NCBI GenBank assembly: GCA_050575255.1
Contig: JBNZDD010013730.1
Location: forward strand, 14,809,560-14,873,559
DNA from: Harriotta raleighana
Taxonomy: Eukaryota
Direction of reading: 5' to 3'
Length of the DNA: 64,000 bases
This document shows, in pieces, positions 59,201 to 64,000 of this stretch; position 1 is the stretch's first letter; every line of letters starts with the position of its first letter. The notes below the pieces were generated by a model. The model was given only the letters and a program-made list of their open reading frames with translations, made no database searches and had not been told where the DNA came from. Position numbers and translations under genes: made by a program.

Positions 59201-62200
59201 GTGAAACCTTGGGCAAGTTTCCTTATTCCACACATCTGATAATAATCCGTGAAAAAATTTTTGGGGGGTTATTTCAATTCACAACTGTCTGTGGGACACT
59301 GCTGTGCACAATTGGTTGCCACTTTTCGCACACAAATATAGTCAATTCACGTTACAGTATATTCTATGATGTACTTTGCGACGTCTAGAAAATGTGAAAA
59401 GCACTATATCAAATGCAAGGATTATGATTATTATGCATTGGAGTGGCTTGCTCACAGGAAGAAAGAAGTATCCATGCCTGAATCCCAACAACAACAACAA
59501 AATTTTATTTATAGTGCACTTTTCACATCAGGAGGACATCCCAAGGCGCTGAAAAAAAAACTCTCCAGCCCTAGTTATGTAAACGTACCGAGAAGGATTT
59601 GATCTTGGCAGTGTGCTTCAACCCCCCAGGCAGTTCAATCACAACCCGCCGTGAACTTCGTCCTTTCTGTTGGACAAAAAGAGCACAATGGTTTAAAATG
59701 TGCACAACATTCAATGCTGACATGTAGTCAATGGTGAGCTCCGTGCCAGATAATCCGTAGCCTGATAATCCATCAAATGATGAAACTCCATCAGGAATAT
59801 TCAATGATCAAAACCCTGTGTAACTGATGAGCAACTAAATGTCAATGTTAAGTCTCTGATTCTCTGTACTTAATATCAGCGTTCCGTCCCTCGCTTTGCC
59901 TGCATTGGCCATTTTCCCTTTTCTCCGTGTCAGAGTGGTCAGTCACAGTGCTGCTTGGCACTTTCACTCACCATAATGGCATCCAGCTCCAGGTTGGATG
60001 GGAAGGTTCTGCGGCCTCCAAACTGTATTGTGCGGTGCAGGTTTTCCTCCGAGGCCTTGGCTACCTCTGTAAGAGGAAAGACACTTGGTATTTAGTAGCA
60101 GGAATGGAGCAGCATCTCTTGATGTCACCTCTGCAATATTATCCTTTTACCTTCCCCATGGAATGCAATGCTTTAACCATCCCATGTAAATGCTTCAAAT
60201 AAAGTGAGGGAATCCTCATCCTCCGCACTGTACCTTGGAAATTATGGGTAGGGTTGGAATTGATTTCCTGCAGGTATTTCAGGACAAAGGGTTTCAGGTT
60301 GATGGATATGCTGTGGAAGCCCAAGAATATGTAGAGTATCCGCCAGCCTCGGGTGCAGCTTTCTCTGTACAAAGAAATGAGTCACATCACATGAAAGACA
60401 GTGAATCAGAAAGGTACTGATCTGAAAGTTTTGTCATGTTGACTGTTTACAATAAAACCCCGTTTATCCATGACTCGAATAATCGGAAAACCCGTTCAAC
60501 AGCCATCTCAAAAAAAAGTCCCGATTCGATGAACCAGAAGTTATCCAGCAGAATGGTAAAGACCCATTTAATGAATGGATTTCCGCACGCGAGTACTGAT
60601 GCAGTTATATCGGTGGCCGCTAGTTGAGCCTAAAGTCGGGCTATTGACGTTTTTTTTAAAACTCACAATACTACCGTTTTTTTTAAAAATGCCGTTTTCC
60701 CGATTTTATTTTTCCTCCTTTGGCAGCCATTGTAGAAGTTAAGTATAAACAATAAAGTACTAATATAATATTCTGTTAGTATAGTATCTGTTGTTAGTGT
60801 ATTTAGTCTATTATTTATATAGTATTGTTCAACATTTACATGTGTATGTGTGTGTGAATACACTCACTCTCTCTCTCTCTGCAAGTCCAGTCTATTTGAT
60901 CAATTCAAAATACCTCGTAAGAAGGCTTCACAGTAATCGACCGCGCCTTCCCCCCGCTGAGGGTTAGCAGCGTGCGGATGGCAGCTTCCTTCAAAAAAAA
61001 ATTTTTAGCCAGAAAACCGTTTAACCGCCATTGGCCAGGTCCCATGGGTGCCGGATAAAAAGGGGTTTTACTGTACACTGTTGAAACTAAATAATAATAA
61101 TAATCCTTGCATTTGATATAGCACTTTTCATATCTTATCGACATCTCAAAGTACTTCACAGAATATACTGTAAAGTGAATTGACTGTATATTTGTGGGCG
61201 AAACGCAGCAGCCCTTCCACTCACATTTAAAGCCCAGTTCTGATCAAATTAATGTGCAGAGTTGACCGCACCCGAGGAGATGTATCAGTCAAAATTTGTG
61301 TGGAAAGTAGATTGTGTGGATCCTCCCGTGTGTAATGAATGGGTCTTTAGACTTTTTTTCTGTCTTTCCTATCTATGTACGCGATGCACGGTCCTGATTG
61401 TACATTCCAACACATCACTCCCTTCCACACTTGTCATTATAAAAAAAAATCCTTACATTCGATATAGTGCCTTATCATGCATTCGACACATCTCACCTAT
61501 AGTAGTAATCACCTTTAAAATCTTCCATGGCCTTGCCCCACCCTACCTTTGCAACCTCCTAACCCCCTACCAACCTGTCCGCTCCCTCTGCTCAGTGGGC
61601 TCCGGCCTGGTCCATGTCCTCCAAACCACCCACCCCACCACTGGCGTGCAAGCCTTTAGCCACTCTGCCCCCAATCTATTTAATTCCATCCCGCAATCCC
61701 TCCACTTCACCCCCTCTCTGACCTCCTTCAAGTCCTGCATAAGTCCTTCAAGTCCTCTTCGACGGTGCCATTGGCTACCTGCCTTCCCCTTCTGTCCCTC
61801 CACCCTCCCCGATGCCGACCCCTGCTCAGGCCTGAAACACTGACTTGGGACGTCCTCCAACATGACAGGCGCTATACAAATGTAATTTTGTTGTTGTTGT
61901 CTCAAAGCACTTCACAGGATTTGCTTTGTGGGCAAAACGCGGCAGCCAATTGCGCCCCACAAACAATCGTGGATTCAGTGACCAAATTATTATTATTCTT
62001 TAAGGGAATATTATCCCCGGAAAGTGATCCACCAATCAACTAACAACTGGGATCCTACCATGGCTTTCACAAGATCTATTCTCCAACTTTGTACAGCTCC
62101 TGTATTGTGTGGCATTTGTTAATCGGAGTCTGGCTCCCCAGGTTCTTCTCAACAGTCCCCAGGAGGAATACAAGAACCAAGATTAATTCTCTTCACTCAA

Positions 62201-63238
62201 ACACCGTCTGATTGAGATCAGGAACCCAGGGGAGACCTTGTGTGACTGGTTGCTACACTGAACTCAGACTCAGAGAGTGGATCAGCCTCAGTATTAAGAG
62301 AGCCATGGTGAAGCAAGCATGAGTCAATTACCTGCTGGCAATCTATTTTCAAGACCGAATGATTGATTAATTATGAAATTAATTTGCATAATTTATACGA
62401 TGAATCAGAGCCACTGAAACAGTGCATGAAATGCAGAGAGATACGCCTACCTTGAAGGGTTATCTGTGATCTGCTTAATGAGTTGACAGCAAACCTCATC
62501 CTGAAGGTTCTCCTTCTCCTTACACAGCTACAAGGGAGCAGAAAGAGGACATGAGTTACCCAACAATTGAAACCCAACGTCAGTTAAGAGGAAATGATTC
62601 CAGAGACTTTCTATTCTCTTCACTCCTCTACAGAAAAGGGCAACTGGTGATGTATTATGGTTCAACAGGTCACCCAATAGTACCTCCTCCCCAAAGTTGC
62701 TTTTCTTCATGTGAAATGGGTACTCCAGTGTAAGGAACACAGTCCAGCCTAATCCCGATCTTTTTTGGCAAATGCGGAAACCCATTACTGTGCATTAAGA
62801 GTTATCCAAATCAAACCAGGAATTCCATGCATCCCACTTACACATGGAAATCCCAGAGATGTTTATTGGAATGGAATGCATGCTCTCTTCCTGGAGGGAT
62901 GCAGCCTTCTTACCTAATCCCAGAGAGTATTAGGTTTAGGATCCCAGAATGTGCGTTGGGGTAACTGCTGGACTCTAACCAGCAAAAACTGTATAGCTTG
63001 CCATTGATATTGCTGTCCTGACTTTCACAAAGGGCCAAGGGGGGAAGGAAACACAGTCAGGGAACAGAGATGGAAATTCACAGAAAGGGTTGGTGGTGGG
63101 GGGCAAATGAGCAATGAGTTCACCTGGACATGTAATCAATTTTTACAATATGGAGACTTACCTGCAGCATTTTTCGCACAAAGTCTTTTTCAGGTTGTTC
63201 ATTCTGAGAGTGCTGGTCACCCATAAACCTCATCAGAT
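50262..63238 (-). CDS. MYO15B: Unconventional myosin XV-like (MYO15B) 3' part: MyTH4-FERM tail, 12 exons; gene continues beyond the window end
   Basis: Exons 63238-63162 (LMRFMGDQ..), 62527-62451 (LCKEKENLQDEVCCQLIKQITDNPS), 60364-60234 (ESCTRGWRILYIFLGF), 60066-59972 (ENLHRTIQFGGRRTFPSNLELDAIM), 59666-59589 (KGRSSRRVVIELPGG), 58413-58317, 57805-57657 (VRPIRMEEYLFDF..LYIDVHYNQ), 57568-57444 (LLPTYLEG), 54111-53978, 51534-51401 (MNLFGYNIF), 51110-50979, 50327-50262 (stop TGA). All phases are compatible. The MYO15B paralog call rests on tail-to-tail synteny with RECQL5. Confidence 0.9.
54740..55495. mobile_element. Tigger/pogo-like MITE family 2
   Basis: TA|CAGTAAAACCTCATTTATCCG ... CGGATAAACTGGGTTTTACTG|TA. 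Confidence 0.85.
55840..56217 (+). mobile_element. L2 LINE 3' fragment
   Basis: [21 protein letters not shown] end of ORF2 and (TTG)n tail; similar fragments at ~32870-33257, 35050-35340, 46200-46467, 49620-49830(-), 54340-54710, 56930-57110 and 61510-61900. Confidence 0.8.
59132..59434 (+). mobile_element. tRNA-derived SINE
   Basis: tagctcggtggttagagcactcgcc head through gcaaggattatgattatt tail. Confidence 0.85.
60450..61073. mobile_element. Tigger/pogo-like MITE family 2, second copy
   Basis: TA|CAATAAAACCCCGTTTATCC ... GGATAAAAAGGGGTTTTACTG|TA; ends are near-identical to those of 54740-55495. Confidence 0.85.
61510..61900 (+). mobile_element. L2 LINE 3' fragment
   Basis: [43 protein letters not shown] peptide and L2 tail ending in ttgttgttg. 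Confidence 0.8.
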
Positions 63239-64000
63239 CTGTAGAAGCAAAACCAAGTGAATAATTAAAACCTGATAGAAGTATTTTAGTGAAAGGATTT
63301 CATTAAGATACCACATAACATCAAGGTTGGTAATCAAACATATCAACCGCTTTGCTTCAATATACTGCTGGGCTCAAAGACGGTGTAAAAATAGGCTCAG
63401 GAGGTTAGACATTTGCTATTTTTGTGTATATGTGTTAATGATCGTTTGTTTGAGTATGTTTCGGGAAATGAACATCAAAGGCCTGTGCTACTCTGCACCC
63501 TCAGACAGGCTGGCATCGGATCCCATAGGCTTAGGATAGATAAAGGGTTAAATCAATTAAGAGGACACAGTGCAACATCTCAAATATTGGTGGGAAGAAT
63601 ATCAAAGACCAGGAATACAAGAAGGGAATATCAGGGAAGCAGGGTATCTCTGACTTTCACCTCCCTTTTAACAGCACATCTGATAAAGAGTGACTTCTCA
63701 GGATAACACTTCGAAGACTAGATATATTGTGGGGAAAAGTTCAAGGACAAGGGAATGAAAGATCAAAGAAAGCGAATATAGTATCAGGGAAGCAGGAATA
63801 CCTCTGTTCTGTCACTTGCCCCTTATCCCATAGATGCTGATAAGAGCGCACTTCTAAGGACAGTAAACTTATAGACCTTAGGATGTGAGGGCAGTTAGTT
63901 GCAACAGTTGAGAAAGACCTCGAGGTGGAAGCCGAGATCTCCAGTCTGAGGCTGTTGTCCGGATCACCAGAACTGGTAGTATACTTTTTATCTGATCCGT

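Overview
Eukaryotic (vertebrate) genomic DNA; the repeat landscape (tRNA-derived SINEs with L2 tails, L2/CR1 LINEs, Penelope-type palindromic repeats) suggests a cartilaginous fish, possibly a chimaera (inference). By reading splice sites by hand I reconstructed four protein-coding genes in the order known from human 17q25.1. They are: complete SAP30BP (- strand, 11 coding exons, 299 aa); complete RECQL5 (+ strand, 19 coding exons, 1025 aa), head-to-head with SAP30BP across a CpG-rich spacer with only 164 bp between the ATGs; a 72-aa two-exon SMIM5-like membrane microprotein gene nested antisense in a RECQL5 intron and missed by the ORF track; and the last 12 exons (MyTH4-FERM tail) of a MYO15B-like myosin (- strand). 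The most interesting non-coding signal is a family of Penelope-like repeats carrying minimal type I hammerhead ribozyme cores. Also present are Tigger/pogo-like MITEs, a nested transposon stack, isolated hairpins, a palindromic two-strand poly(A) signal, and several N-flanked tandem duplications, probably assembly artefacts, one of which duplicates a SAP30BP exon. No clearly new biological system could be established from sequence alone.
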